A DNA stretch of 64,000 nt, from positions 80,545,335 to 80,609,334 of the forward strand of contig NC_068983.1 of assembly GCF_001194135.2 (NCBI RefSeq). The letters run 5' to 3'. Positions 11,661 to 25,132 of the stretch are shown here, in pieces. Both the position numbers and the translations under genes were made by a program. Below the pieces are notes generated by a model. The model saw only the letters and a program-made list of their open reading frames with translations, searched no databases and was not told the DNA's origin. How positions within the stretch are numbered: position 1 is the first letter of the stretch; each line of letters starts with the position of its first letter. The stretch is from Octopus bimaculoides (taxonomy: Eukaryota).

Positions 11661-13759
11661 TTTCTATAGTTGAAAAAAATATCTCATTTGATGGTCTTAC
11701 AGCCAGTCTTCAGCTATGAATATTAGTTCTGTATATGTTATAACATGTTATATTTCCATTTTAATTAAAAAAAGCATTCCATAGCCACGCTTACATCAAA
11801 TCTTTTATGTGCATATGTATAATATGCTGAGGTGGTGTGGTGTTGATGAAGACACAGCCTAAGGATCTTCTGCTTCAATTCAGTCTGCTGTAGCACACAC
11901 ACACAGACATGGACACACACACATACACTGTCTCCTTTCTCAATATGAGTATGCATATATACATGCGAATATATATCTATGTGCATATGTGAGTATGTAT
12001 GTATATGTATATATATAATATATATAATATATATAACATACAAACATATTTATATATGTATATATAATATACATATATATATGGATATATATATGTGTGT
12101 GTGTGTTAGTGTGTGTGTACTTGTGTTAATATGTTAATAATTTACATTTATGTACATATGCTTGTAATTTCAAGCATGCACACACACATACACACACACA
12201 TCCAATTAATTTTAGGGTGCTATCATCTCACAATAATAAGTGATTAATGCATACAAGAACTTGCAAGAGCTAATTTCATTTGACACTCTTCCTATAAGAA
12301 AACATATTATTGACTATGATGAGTAAGAAGACAATTATAATGATGATTTTTTTTTTTTATATTATACAAATATTTTATATGATTAAAATGTTTTGCTTTA
12401 AAGTTGTATATTTTTCTAAATCCAGTATAACAAGTAATTTGTTTAAATGGTATTACTATGAGATTATAAAAATTCTACTATTAAAGTTTCTGGAGAAATT
12501 TCAGAAAATTTATAGCTGAGGAAGTCTTGGTTTTTTTTTTAATATGCATAAACTAAAAAAACAACAACAATATTTTAATCAAACTTTTCTATTTGAATTC
12601 ATTTACTGTTGGAATGTAGAGTAATTATTATTTTTACATATTGAAGTGGTATATACTAATTAAAAGCAGAAATCTTTACTAACCAAAGTATTTAAACAGG
12701 ATATAAACAAGATTTTGAATAGCATACAAACCATAATTTTAAACAGAATATAGATGTATTGCTGTTTGTTAGCTTAAAATTTTGACTTAAAATTTTGATG
12801 CAATAAGTTATATTGTGCAAATTCATAATTTTGAGTAATAAGGAATCATAATAGTTCTATTCATAATAGTTCTTGTCTAATTATTCCTGCTCTTGATTTT
12901 TTCTATTTATTTAAAGTGTCTAGTATTCTGGTTCTGAGTAAGTGTGGCAGGAATCCCACAACAATCTTTACAAGCACTGAGATCTCAATAATAAGTACCT
13001 CCGTTTTCTCTTCCTACACATTGTCTGAAGCTACTTATCAAATGATGCTCTGTACTATAATGCATACAATATTTATCTTTTAGTCTTTCTAGACACCATT
13101 CACTTTTTCAAGATTTTGGACATGAAAAATTAGCAAATACTACAACAAAAGCCATTTGTCAGTTTATAACCATCTATTTGAACTTCAAGAGCTATTATCG
13201 AGAGAAAAAAAGCTAAATACAGAGCTCTGATAGACCCTCATCTGTTACAAAATTCTTACCTGTTTATTACTTATCCAGACTCTTGCTTTTGTTGCAACTT
13301 TTCCCATAAACTCAGTGTCCACACCCTACTATCTTAGTTTCCACGAGAATATAGAAACTGGAATTCTGTCATAATTTGACAAAAGTAAAATACATATATG
13401 AATTGATATTCATACATATTTAATTTGACTGTAAAATTTTGCTCCTGAGATCATTTTTAGCAGCTTGGCATAAGGATCAAACCCACTAGCTTCTATTGAT
13501 ATTTAGCTATTCATCAGTCTTTGCTTGCCTCTTCTTTCGAAACTGACAATGATAATAGTAAAAAACTACTTACTGAAATGTAAAAAAAGTCTGAACTGAG
13601 GCACAAACTTGTTTGCATAATGGTGCATGACTGTGAGTTAGACAGTAATAACTAGAGCACTTGTTAAAGTGTGGGTTGTAAATATATAAATATGTGGGTT
13701 GTTTCCATTTGTATTTACTCTCAAGCTTGGCTTATGATACTCTTGTTATTTCACGCTAG

Positions 13760-13890
13760 TATTTCTTTCAGCTTGTCACATTCTGAATTCAAATCTTGCC
13801 ATGGTCACCTTCATCTAACATCCTTCCAGAATTGATAAAGTAAAGTACCAGTCAAGTACTGAAGCTAATATAATCAACTAATATTCCCCC
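13760..13890 (+). mobile_element. SINE family C fragment, decayed
   Basis: TTCTGAATTCAAATCTTGCCATGGTCACCTTCATCTAACATCCTTCCAGAATTGATAAAGTAAAGTACCAGT matches the family C middle domain. Confidence 0.65.
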
Positions 13891-14244
13891 TAGATTTTTC
13901 ACATTGTGTCTGTATCAGAAACAGTTATTTAATACTAGGAATATAGAGTTATTAGTTTTACTCACTCATGCAAGCACAGACTATATCAAATCGACCCTTT
14001 GTTGCATTTGCATCACCATAGTTATTTTGGCTCTTTTCAATACTCAAGCATGCAATATGCAAGTATTATTGGAGTTAGCAACTTTCTCCTAAATGTAGCA
14101 AAACAAACTAGTGAAAATTGTAAAAATCTCTCCATTCTGATGATTTCAATATCTTAAGATTTCTTCTTGAGGGATTTCTAACATTAATTGTATAAATATT
14201 TATGTACAAAGAAAGTTCACGATGTGGAAATAAATTTTTTGCTT

Positions 14245-14700
14245 TAAGGAGAAGCCTGTAACAATCTTCAAAACATCTGGCAGTCAAAAATTTCAAAAGG
14301 AAAATAAATTGCCTTCTTTAGGACGTATGTAGAGAACATTCTTCTCCATGGAGCTGGAATTTGGTAATGAAGAAGGCGCTTCAAGATTGCCTTTGACTGG
14401 GCTTTTCATGTGGGCTAAAAATATGAGCATAAAACAAAAGAGGTGGTTTATGGACATGTTTCAACCATCTCTGTTATCATTGCTTATTGCAGAGTAGACT
14501 TTGCTCACTACTGCCATCATGTCGGAGAACAAGCTATATCAGATGTTATAGTTTGGAGATTTCTACACCCTAATAAAGGAAGACCACTGAACTAAGTTGA
14601 TGTCATTGGCAGAGACACACAACATCAAATGGAAGATCTACCAAAGCTAATGGGAGACAGAGATACTTAGCACAGCATTGTGAGATGCTCCTTGATTGTG
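14245..14700 (+). mobile_element. RTE-group LINE, 3' end of ORF, decayed
   Basis: Translates to EACNNLQNIWQSKISKGK*IAFFRTYVENILLHGAGIW and, downstream, RVDFAHYCHHVGEQAISDVIVWRFLHPNKGRPLN*VDVIGRDTQHQMEDLPKLMGDR. These match the RTE C-terminal pattern (VESILLYGSETW; RLRFAGHC; GRP; LMxDR). Confidence 0.75.
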
Positions 14701-14957
14701 ACTGCTTGCTGAAGAATATGCTGGTTGGCCAAAAGTCACCGGACAGTAAATCAAAATTCCATAAATACTTAATATTCCATTTTATTTATTCATTCCAATT
14801 ATGAATGTTTAATAATTGAATGTTTTTAGTTAAAATCACTGTTTTTTTCAACATTTGTCTATTTATTAGCGAAGTCTCATATAAAATAATTTTTTGTTTT
14901 AATCTTTGAATTGTATGGTTTTGATTTACTTCAGGTGACTTTGGGCCTATCCTGTAT

Positions 14958-15008
<51 letters not shown>

Positions 15009-16449
15009 AATTCTTCTGCATTTAAACATTTAAGAATATACAAATACACACTGTGGGGAATGAGGGAAGAATAAAAGAGTTAAGAGAGGATCTCCTCCCA
15101 AAATAAATAGATAAATAAATAACCACCAATGACGCCATAGAGCTCAACAGAAATTTTCAATGAGCCTATGAAGGAGCCTCTCCAGGTAATTGAAATTGCT
15201 GGAAATGGTATCCTCTCTCAAATGAAACCTTATCTTACAAAGCGACATGTTGGATGATGTGGTTCTATGTTTACATTTGATAATACGTAGTGAAACATCA
15301 CTAAACTGTATTACAAGTGTATAGAAATGGGCTATTAATTTGGCAAGTTTTCAAAATAAACTATCAGCTGCATTTATGTTACTTAAATCTGGGTATTTTA
15401 TGAGCCACATTTTTAGTATTAGTTGGATACAAATGTTTTTAGGCTATGAAATCCTTTGTTTTTTTTTAACAATTATTTAATTTTTTTGAAGGTATATTCT
15501 TAATTTTTGATGCTATGCAAAATACGTTGGAATTGATTATAAATAAATTATTTTCTATTTTGAAATGATATGTTAAAAATATATCCAAATAAAATAAATC
15601 TCATGTTTTACTGCTGAAATTTTAAAATGCATACGTAGAAAGTAAGATTCCAAATTTTGAGCATAATATTTTTTTCTTTTTCCTGTTTTCTTTATTCTGA
15701 ATTATTAAATTTTCAACACTTTCATAAAATAGAAGAGAAAGAGAGAAAGAAAATTACAATTGCTTTCCGATTTCATTGTTAGTCGATTATTTAGAAAGCT
15801 ACATTTAAAAAGTATGAAGTAATTTTGCCACAAAAATTGTAATAATGACTATTATATAGTTATAAATACACAATAAAGACAAAATTAAAGAAAAATTAAT
15901 TCCATGGAAATATTGTTTTTATGACCTCAGTTATGTTTTTAATTTTCTTTAGATGTTGGGATCATTGTTTGAAATAAAATGATTAAAGCTCTTTGAAGAA
16001 TGAATTTCATGAAAATTTATACAGTAGGTAGAATTGCATACTGGATGTCAATTGAAACTGTTTTTACTTCCCCTTATGTTTTCAATTATTACTTAATGAT
16101 TTTCATTCCTCCTTTAATGTATTCTTTGAAAATATATTCTTAAATATTATAAATACTAATTTAAACAGCTGTGTAATTGCTTGTAAAGGAATAGCATATA
16201 ATGGTTTTATTCCAAATTAACTTTTTTTTTAATTAAAAGTTTTTCTTAGCCGATTTTAGAGCAGATAAAATCTTTTTAATGGAAATTGCTATGTGTTCAT
16301 TAAGTAGGAGTTATAGCATAGAATTCAAAATAAAACTGGCTTTTCAGTATTTTATAAAATGGTTGTTATACACTGAGATTAACATATATTATCACATCAC
16401 ATCCCCTCTTCTTTGCTCACTTATTCCTGGGAGGGTTGTGGGGTAAAGT

Positions 16450-16840
16450 CCTCAAGCATACCTTTCATAGGTCCTGTCTGAAGTATCTGTCTCTGACTGA
16501 TCTGGCTGGATCTTCAAGTGAGAGCAATAAAGCGCATGGATATTATCCAACCATTATGCTTGTAGTCTACCCATGGGTCTCCTGCTGGTTGGTTTTGCCC
16601 ATAAAACCTGTCCAGCAATTCTTTCTCAAGACATTCTTACCACATGTTCATAGTATCAAAGCTCTGATCTCTCAGTTTGGAGAAATAGTGGTTTTACCCG
16701 GAGCACTTCTCTAATTACATACTCTATCAAATAACATCACTCTAGAGACCCTTTGGAGGAACTCCATTTTGGTCACGATTGTATTCTTTTGGTCATTACC
16801 CAAGATTCATGACCATAGGTAAGGGTAAGTGCAAACAATG
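16450..16840 (-). mobile_element. RTE-clade LINE (RTE-1/Expander-like) 3' fragment, decayed
   Basis: The minus strand gives LTLTYGHESWVMTKR, IREVLRVKPLFLQTERSEL and IAGQVLWAKPTSRRPMGR, matching the RTE motifs LTYGHExWVMT, IREELGVEPL and RRPRGRP. Confidence 0.75.
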
Positions 16841-19800
16841 AAACGAGGGTAACAAGCTTGGGTTTTATACCTACCTTCCTTCCTCTGATAACTGAATGTT
16901 GAGGCTGAATTAAGTGCAAGAATTGCAGGACCAGGTGCAAGTACCAGCTCCAGATTAACACATTTCTTGGAAATTCTCATTCAAGAGATCCTGCTATAAA
17001 TTTTCCACAAGTTACATTGTGTTTCTCTTAGGTTATTGGTCAAAGTTTTTTTTTTATTTTCTCTTCACTGTGACCCAAAATAGAAATGGATTTTATGTGA
17101 TAACCAAATTTGTTATTGAAATTTTTATTGCCCAGTTTATTCTCTAAAACATTATAACTGCTAAAATTTCTTAAAGGAAATTAAATTTTAAATGTTTACT
17201 ATAGTCTTCAATTTTTTAATGAACTAAATATGAGCAACACTATGAGATTTTCTTACTCTAAAATTAAACCATAAGTCCATACTAAAGAGAAAAATGGGAA
17301 ATAATTCTAATGCAATCATCAGTATTATATTACCCTTATTATTCTTTATAATTGAAAGTTAGAAATGAAGTCTTTTTTATAATTTTTAAGTAATGTCTTG
17401 CACCCACCCTCCTCCTCCTCCTCATTTATTTTTCATTCACTTTTTCATGTTCGTATAAGCCAAGCAGATTTTAGTTAAACAAATTTTCTATGACCATGTG
17501 CTCTTCCTCACCTAATCCCCTATTTCCTAGGGAGGTAATGTTTTCTCATTGCCAGACTTATTTTTACAGGGGACTTGATATAAAGTACTCTGCTTGTATG
17601 ATGGTGACTCTCGTTTATAACTATCCTGTGATGTTAAGATAACAGGACACAAACACACACACACACAGCACATAGATTTCTCTCTGTCATATCCACTCAT
17701 AAGGTGATAACTATAGCAAAAGACACTTGCTTAAGATGCCAAAAAAGGTATAAATCAAATATTGAGACAGATTCACTAATCCAGGATTTGTGAGTTCAGC
17801 AGCTTCAGTGGTTCAGGACACTTATGTGGTCATTAGTTTGCATGATGACCACTTGCCCAGCTGTGGTGCCTTATATTGTTTATATCCAGCATAGCTGATT
17901 AATTGTGACTGATGCCGCTTTTCCAGTACAGATTTTTACAGAGAGTTTACCCTTAAATATGTGTCCTAAGTAATCTGCTGATAATGAAAGTGGTGGCAAC
18001 ATTAAATCATAAACATGTTACATTTACTCTGTTACAAAAGATGTTGATTCTGAAAACACTAGACAGTAGTACATCAGTGAGTGCAGAATATGCTGTAGAT
18101 TCATTGATAGTACAGTATATGCATTATTTTGCCATTTTTTATCCCTGGCTTCATTGGTTCAGAAAATCTGCTACTCTGGTACCTATTTGTTCCCCAGCTT
18201 ACTGGATAAATGAAGTTCTACCACTATTATTAACTATGACTACAACTAATCCATGACCACAGCTGAAATGAGTAATAATAAAGAGTCTCTATGAGTTCTC
18301 TTAACCTGATAGAAATAGCAGCTAAATCTCCCAAATCCTAACTTATAATATTAAGAAAAAAAGGGGTGGCACAGTAGATGTCACAGCTTTTATGTCTTTG
18401 ATCATATGTCTGTTCGATTGAGATAGACCTGGAATAAAGTGTCAGCAACTATGACAGCATTAGAGCTTCTATGATGTCAATTGCTTTTCTACAAGAGGCT
18501 TCTTGTCTTTAAAATGGAAATTTTATGTTTTAAACGATCAAACTTAAGATAAATTCCCATTAAAGATATGATGGTTACTTGTAGAAATGTTAAGGAAATG
18601 TTTTTTTTCTTCAGATTCTTCCTTGTCTTAGGTCTTGGCAGCTAATGAACAATCATAATAACCAATCTAATCCATGTAAAACATAGACAACAAACCTGAT
18701 AAATATTAAAGCTATTGTTATGATGATGAAACACTTCAAAAGTTCAAAGTATTTGCTGATCTTTTAAATATTAGTATAAACTATGTGTATTACTTTTTAA
18801 CAGTTAATAACAGAAAAAGCAACTTTGAATATTTTCTTTTCCATAATTAATGGTATTATTGTCACATAAAGAAGACACAGTTAAATTGATCAATAAGCTG
18901 AACAAAATTTATAGGTCTTATCTCCTTATCTTATAAGAAATATATTGGAAATATTCATAACGGAGATTAAAAAATAGCATACTCATGAATAAAAATAATA
19001 ATGATAAAATGCAGTAAGCTATTTGTAATCATTTAATGGTTGTAAAATCAAATAATGCTTGTAAAATGCTAGATGAAGAAATTAAAGAAAAATGAAACAT
19101 TGTAAGAATCATAAATTCCTTTGAGCATTTATGAATTCAATATAAAGTGATCTATTTGGATTGTATTAATTAATTGTTTTTTCTAAATTTCTAAAATAAG
19201 TAAATATACTTTTCAAAATTTTGAATATTTTATTTTTTTAAATATCATCTAAATGTATTTTCTTTCTTATTTCATAAATGGTTTTAATGAAGATTTAACA
19301 TATTGTAATAATATATAAAAAGTATTAATGACCATAGATAGACGACATAAAACAACAAAGAGTGAAATGAACAATTTATTTTGAATATATTTGAATGAAT
19401 TTAAAATTGAACTCGATACTTATGTACAACATCAAAAATTTATACAGACAATGATATTAGAAAAACCATATACTAACTAATAATTATTTCCTTTGACCAG
19501 GTATTACCTCTAAAATATTTTCTGGCTACAACATATCTCAGTTTTTAAATGAATCTTCTTTTAGAATTGAAACAGAAAATATTTTCTTTCTATTCAGAAA
19601 ATCTATTTTAGGGATGTAATATGGTTTAATTAGATAAACAATATAAGGAAAGTGTAATTTAGAAAGAAAGCTAACAAATTGTTAGCTTTAGAAAACAGAA
19701 TACAACATTTTAAAAAAGTAAATTGAATAAATAAGTTATAAATATAGTGTGCAGAAAGGCTAGCAATGAAAAATGTTTATTTTAAAGAAAGGTGAAAAAA

Positions 19801-20401
19801 AGAAAAACTGGGAAGGAGATACATTTCTTATTGAGTAAAACAAACAGTGCATTTTGTAAAATAAAAGCAAAATAAAATGGCAAAGAATACAGGTAAGAAT
19901 AGATTACAACAACTATAAATGGGGTTAAAATCAGTCAATATTCTCTTTTTAGAAATTTCTATTGAATGAGAAAGTTTGGAGAAACTATGTCAACAAAATA
20001 TAAATACTAATGGCAAATTATTTTTGAAAAACTTTCTTAAGCTGATAAATACATTTTGCTTGTGCAGAAAGCTTGATATAAAAATAAGTTTTAGCACAGT
20101 CAATTTAGTATTTTTATACTTAGACAGTAGTTTGGATTTGGAATATACAAATCAACGTTTCATGACTGCTCTGTTGCACACATGAGTATAGTTAGAGATT
20201 AATTGTTATTTAGTTGAAGCAGTAATCTCTGGCTGATGGTACTAATCTTGAGAAAATTGTCATTAAGATTTTCATAACTAATTTAAATGTACTGTTTTAA
20301 TTTATTTCATATATGATGTAGACACAGGCCTGGCTGTGTAGATATAGTTTCAGATTCTATTCTACTGTGTGGCATCTTAGGTAACTGTCTTCTATTATAA
20401 C

Positions 20402-20545
20402 CACTCCGTCGGTTATGATGACAAGGGTTCCAGTTGATCCAGTCAAGAGAGCAGCCTGCTCATAAAATTAACGTGCAAGTGACTGAGCACTCCACAAACA
20501 CATGTACCCTTAATGTAGTTCTAATAGGGATTCAGTGTGACACAA
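20402..20545 (-). mobile_element. SINE family B 3' tail, abutting a decayed family A head (20325-20400, +)
   Basis: ACTCCGTCGGTTATGATGACAAGGGTTCCAGTTGATCC...GACTGAGCACTCCACAAACAC is the reverse complement of the 3' end of 39116-39500. Confidence 0.8.
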
Positions 20546-21010
20546 CGAAAGAAACAAATAGATGAACAAGACAGGCAACATAAAGCACATTCCATTCATC
20601 AGTTGTCCTCTGTTTTATCTACTCTGCATTTCAAAGATAGGGACAAGACGCGACTTCGTTAAAACGGTCCTTCCTGCAAAGCAAATTAAATAAAATTTGG
20701 GTTTTTGTGCAGAGGGTTAAAGTGGTAACAAAAATAGGACAGTAAGAATAAAACAGTAAAAACAAATGGGGAGGGCTGTTAATCCATAACAAGGTGAAGT
20801 GGTGAACGCTGGAAAAACGAGCTTTGAGAAGGGACAGGCAAAAGCACGTCTTGTCTTTAGGAAGGAAGTGGAAGAAAGAAAGATAGATAGCTGTTGGTCA
20901 TGTGTGAGCAATAAGAGAGTGAAGGAGGAAGAGTGAGAGAGAGAGGGAATGGTGAAGGGGAGAGAAGAATTAGAGAAAGGGTGGGAATGCCATGCATCCT
21001 CCATTTCCAA
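20546..21010. repeat. Unclassified interspersed-repeat-like segment (CpG-retaining, purine-rich 3' half)
   Basis: Abrupt compositional change with retained CpGs (GACGCGACTTCGTTAAAACGG). It carries TTCATCAG...CATTTCAAAG, similar to the inverted motif pair of the elements at 34520 and 49615. Confidence 0.45.
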
Positions 21011-21572
21011 GTAAGTTTTAACATATAATGTATGCGCATATATATATATATATATTTATATACACATATATAAGCATGTTAGGCATATATACACATGCAT
21101 ATATATCCTGTTTTCTTCATTGATAGGGTTCAAACAATGTTGTCTTTGTTACTCAGTTCATGAGATGACTAAAGTGTTATATTTCCTGTTGTAGAATTCA
21201 TGCTAGGTTTGTGCAAACCCAATTTCATTGATCTCTTGATCGTTCTCTAACTCTTAAGATCAAATGTGCATGAATGTGATTGTGAACCTTACTTCTTAAT
21301 CACATAGAAATAATCTTCTTGTTCCTGAAGAAATAATATCTTGTGAAAATATTTATTGATATGTGTGACCGGCTTTTTAGCTGTGTTCTCTCACCTAGTG
21401 TGTTGGCCTTGATATGTTTTCAGTACATGAGGACTGAGAATCCAAAATATTCTCTGTTGTGATAATTTCACTTGTATTAGTGGAAAGTGCTGAATGCTGC
21501 TTTTCCAATTTACCAAACAATGTAATAACTAAAGATTTTGAATACATTGACAAAAGGTTATAGCATGAAAGG

Positions 21573-21690
21573 CTTGATGGTAGTGTTAAATATTTGTTGT
21601 GTTTGATAGTAGAGTCAAATATTTGCTGTTCATGTTAGAGTTAAATATTAGCTGTGCTTGATGGTAGAATGAAATATTTGTTGTGCTTAG
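21573..21690 (+). repeat. ~28-29-bp minisatellite, 4 copies
   Basis: Unit approximately CTTGATGGTAGAGTTAAATATTTGCTGTG repeated four times with substitutions. Confidence 0.85.
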
Positions 21691-23086
21691 GTACTTTGAG
21701 GTCATTGCGTCTTTTCTCTGGAGATGATAACCAAATTGAAATTTGTGCTTTCCATTTTTCTATGGAAAGGATTTGAATAGAGGATCCACCTTCTACTCTT
21801 GCCAGTTCTGGAGGAACATTTTAATTGAAATCAATTATGATTGAGATTAGGGCATAGTACCAGTGAAATTCTTTCAGTAATGTTTTCTATAGCTTGTTGA
21901 GCTGCACTCTTGAAGCAAGTGAATGCTGAAAAAAGGTTATAGACAGTTTGAATGTTACCATTTACTCAATATCTTTTAAATTCAAATCAGTGTCATCAAA
22001 ATACCTCCAGTTACCTTCATTTGTGAGTGAGGGCAGCTGATAGACGAAGTTCCATCAAAAACCAATCTCGTTTATTTTCCTTAAAGTTCCTTGGCCATAT
22101 ATCTAGTATCTTTGCTTAACTCTGATCCCAATAGATGCTATCAATCTACATGGAATTCTTCAAACATGATGGTTCAGCTATCCAAACATGCACATATGTT
22201 GTGGATAATGATGACCATCTTTCGTATTCTTTTTTGCTGCTGGTGTACTGTGGTATGTTGAAAAGTAGATAATACAAGTGAGATCACTGATTAGGATAGC
22301 TGTATGGATTGGTTTACCTTTGACTGTTGTTAAAGTAAACCAATCAGTATTACAGTTTCAAAGAATAAGATGTAAAAAATTTAAGTGAAACTGGAAAATG
22401 AAGAAACAGAGTATAGTGCTTAGGGAAAGATCTTTGGAAGCTGGACGTCAAGGGAGCATAATTTGTGGTATTATTTCTAATAATACCACAAATATTGAAA
22501 GGAATGGTTACCTAGATGCCATCTTGATATTAGACTGATTAAGTCTGCAATGGCAATCATAATGATGAAACTGCAATTGTGTAGGAGAGATAAGAAAATA
22601 GTATTTTTTTATTTTTAGCATGGTCATGTTATTATTTTTATCTTGTGAGCCGTGTTCATTATTCCAGTCTAAATTTTCTATGATACACTTCTGCTTAAAA
22701 TAAATATGCTAATTAAATTAGTACAGATTTCCAATTAAATTCCAGATTTTCAGACATGCACTGATGTGTGTGTGTGTGTGTGTGTGTGTGTATTAATGTT
22801 TGTCTTTATATTCAGTTATAATAAAAACAATTTTACATTAATCTGATGGGTTACTCTATACTTCTGTGGAGTACAAATTTATTATTCCTATACAAGAATA
22901 TTATTGACAATAACCTTGAAGTTTCAACCAGTTAAGCTATCATTGGACTGTGATGCATTGAACATAATCTTAGCTTATATTGGCTCTGCTGTGTTGAAAT
23001 CTTCCTTGGGTGTGAGGGTTTGACTGGAGTTGTAATTACGTTTTAGGTTGGGTTGCTATGAAGAGGTGTTTTGAAGAGGTTTTTAT

Positions 23087-23174
23087 TGAAACTGAGTGAT
23101 TTTTCTCAACCTCAACCACTTCTGAGCCATGCAAGCATGAGAAATTGGACGTTAAACGAAGAAGAAGAAGGAGG
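23087..23174 (+). mobile_element. Short RTE-type 3' end with (GAA)n tail
   Basis: Ends CATGCAAGCATGAGAAATTGGACGTTAAACGAAGAAGAAG, the same terminus as the (GAT)n-tailed RTE. An identical inverted copy lies at 42571-42658. Confidence 0.7.
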
Positions 23175-23518
23175 AGAAGGAGGAGGGGAAGAAGAAGAAA
23201 AAGGAGAAGAATATATACATATTTATATCAATGTATGTGTGTCACATATATATATTTATAGGTGTGCGTGTGCGTGTGCGTGTGTGTNNNNNNNNNNNNN
23301 NNNNNNNNNNNNNNNNNNNNNNNNNNNNNNNNNNNNNNNNNNNNNNNNNNNNNNNNNNNNNNNNNNNNNNNNNNNNNNNNNNNNNNNNNNNNNNNNNNNN
23401 NNNNNNNNNNNNNNNNNNNNNNNNNNNNNNNNNNNNNNNNNNNNNNNNNNNNNNNNNNNNNNNNNNNNNNNNNNNNNNNNNNNNNNNNNNNNNNNNNNNN
23501 NNNNNNNNNNNNNNNNNN

Positions 23519-23555
<37 letters not shown>

Positions 23556-23588
23556 CATACATATACATAGACATATACATTTCCCAAG

Positions 23589-23799
23589 TGTAAAAATCAA
23601 TTATGATAAAGAAGTTTTACTTTTCGATTTGAAAATTCCTAAATTTAACTATGCACCTCCAGCCCCACACTTTTTGGATTATTATAATGAACAAAGCAAA
23701 CCTGATGGAAAAAGGGTTTCATTTTTAGATTTGTTTACAACTGATTGGCAGTTATTTCTCTTGGGAAATTCGCTAACATTAGCAAAAAAGGTGGTGAAG
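23589..23799 (+). CDS. Candidate internal coding exon, product unidentified
   Basis: TTTCCCAAG| acceptor and GAAG|GTAACT donor; 211 nt, phase 2 to 0. Open frame VKINYDKEVLLFDLKIPKFNYAPPAPHFLDYYNEQSKPDGKRVSFLDLFTTDWQLFLLGNSLTLAKKVVK with globular-protein-like composition. The acceptor is weak and I recognise no homolog. Confidence 0.4.
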
Positions 23800-25132
23800 G
23801 TAACTTGTGTGTTTCATTTATCTATATACTCATTTATTGCATAAATATGAAGAAAGAGATTATTAAAACATTCCTAATGTATTTGCAGCCACTTAATTCT
23901 AAATTTATATTTTTCATCTGAATTACAATAAAAAAGAAAGAATTCCAACAAATACATTAACAAAAAAGTTTTTATATAAACTGACATTAAAGAATTTATA
24001 ATTATCTATCACTTATGAAATGTATCTTATATATACTGTTCATAGAGTCTAATTACTCAGTTCTTCAAAACCTCAAAGGCCCTAATCATTTTTTTTAATA
24101 TGCACCTGGTAAATATATTCAAATGAAAAAATTTTAATGCAATTTTATTAACATATTTGTTTTTCTACAACCCTAAAATATAATCCTTATGATACATCAT
24201 AGTATTATGTTCCATGATATAAAATGTAGCATGGGATAATTCAAAACAACCAACTTAAAGTTTGCAATGAATAATGATTGTTAAATCATTCAAGAACATT
24301 TAGAGAACTGTTTTAGAACCCTGAATATTTTTGACAAAAAGCTTTTATCTCAGCACTTTACATCTGCAGATTTAACTGATTTTCTAATGAAGAGTAAACT
24401 ACAAAGTAGTATTTCTAATCAGGACTTGATGTTTTAGAAGCGATTATTCCATAGATTCTCAGTCAGCAAAATATTCCTGATAAGAGGAACATACTTTGGA
24501 TAAAGAGATTTAATTATTCAAACTTCTAACCTTAAAACAAATGCCACTGGCTAAAGTTTTAAGATTAACAATACCAGCATTAATGTATTTCTAATACAAT
24601 AATTTTTCAGTAAAAAAAGTTCATATTCAATCTTGCAACTCTTTTCTTTCAATAATTTGCATGTTGAAGTTTTAGTATTTATGGTTTATCAGAGAACAAA
24701 CATTGAATGTTTGAATTAAATTACATAAGCTAATATATTCCTTATTTTTCTATTAAGTTATAAAATATGTTGAGTCAAGTTATGGAAGTCCTTACATTCA
24801 GTCCAGATTTGGGATAAAAGTGAAGTATAGGAATCAAAGCATTCACCGGGGGAGGGGGAGTTCTTTAAAGCAGCACTAATGATAATGAGATTTTAACTCA
24901 TGGGGTGCATGGGTGCAGTGAAAATCCAAAAACAATAACATAATTGTTTATTCTTAATAAGTTTTAGCAAATCTGAATGTGAATGTCTGATTGCTGTTGT
25001 TTTCCCTCATAACATGTGATTCTCTAGTGTTAAAAGACTTTGACACACTGTAATATTTTGACCTCATTGTGTGTCTTCTTGATCAAAGTTACCTAGTTGG
25101 ACAAATGAATTTAACAAGAGAAAGTATATATA

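Noticed and set aside
13260-13365. Minus-strand exon with good acceptor and CAG|GTAAGA donor
   Set aside because: Stops in all three frames; the only open sub-frame (GVDTEFMGKVATKARVWISNKQ) needs a poor acceptor. It could be non-coding, but is unsupported.
14108-14296. Protein-like minus-strand ORF MKFLTARCFEDCYRLLLKAK...
   Set aside because: It partly overlaps, antisense, the plus-strand RTE remnant, which explains the sequence better.
15120-15150. Promoter-like cluster CCAAT-TGACG-GCCAT
   Set aside because: Short motifs only; no CpG-rich context, transcript start or linked exon can be shown.
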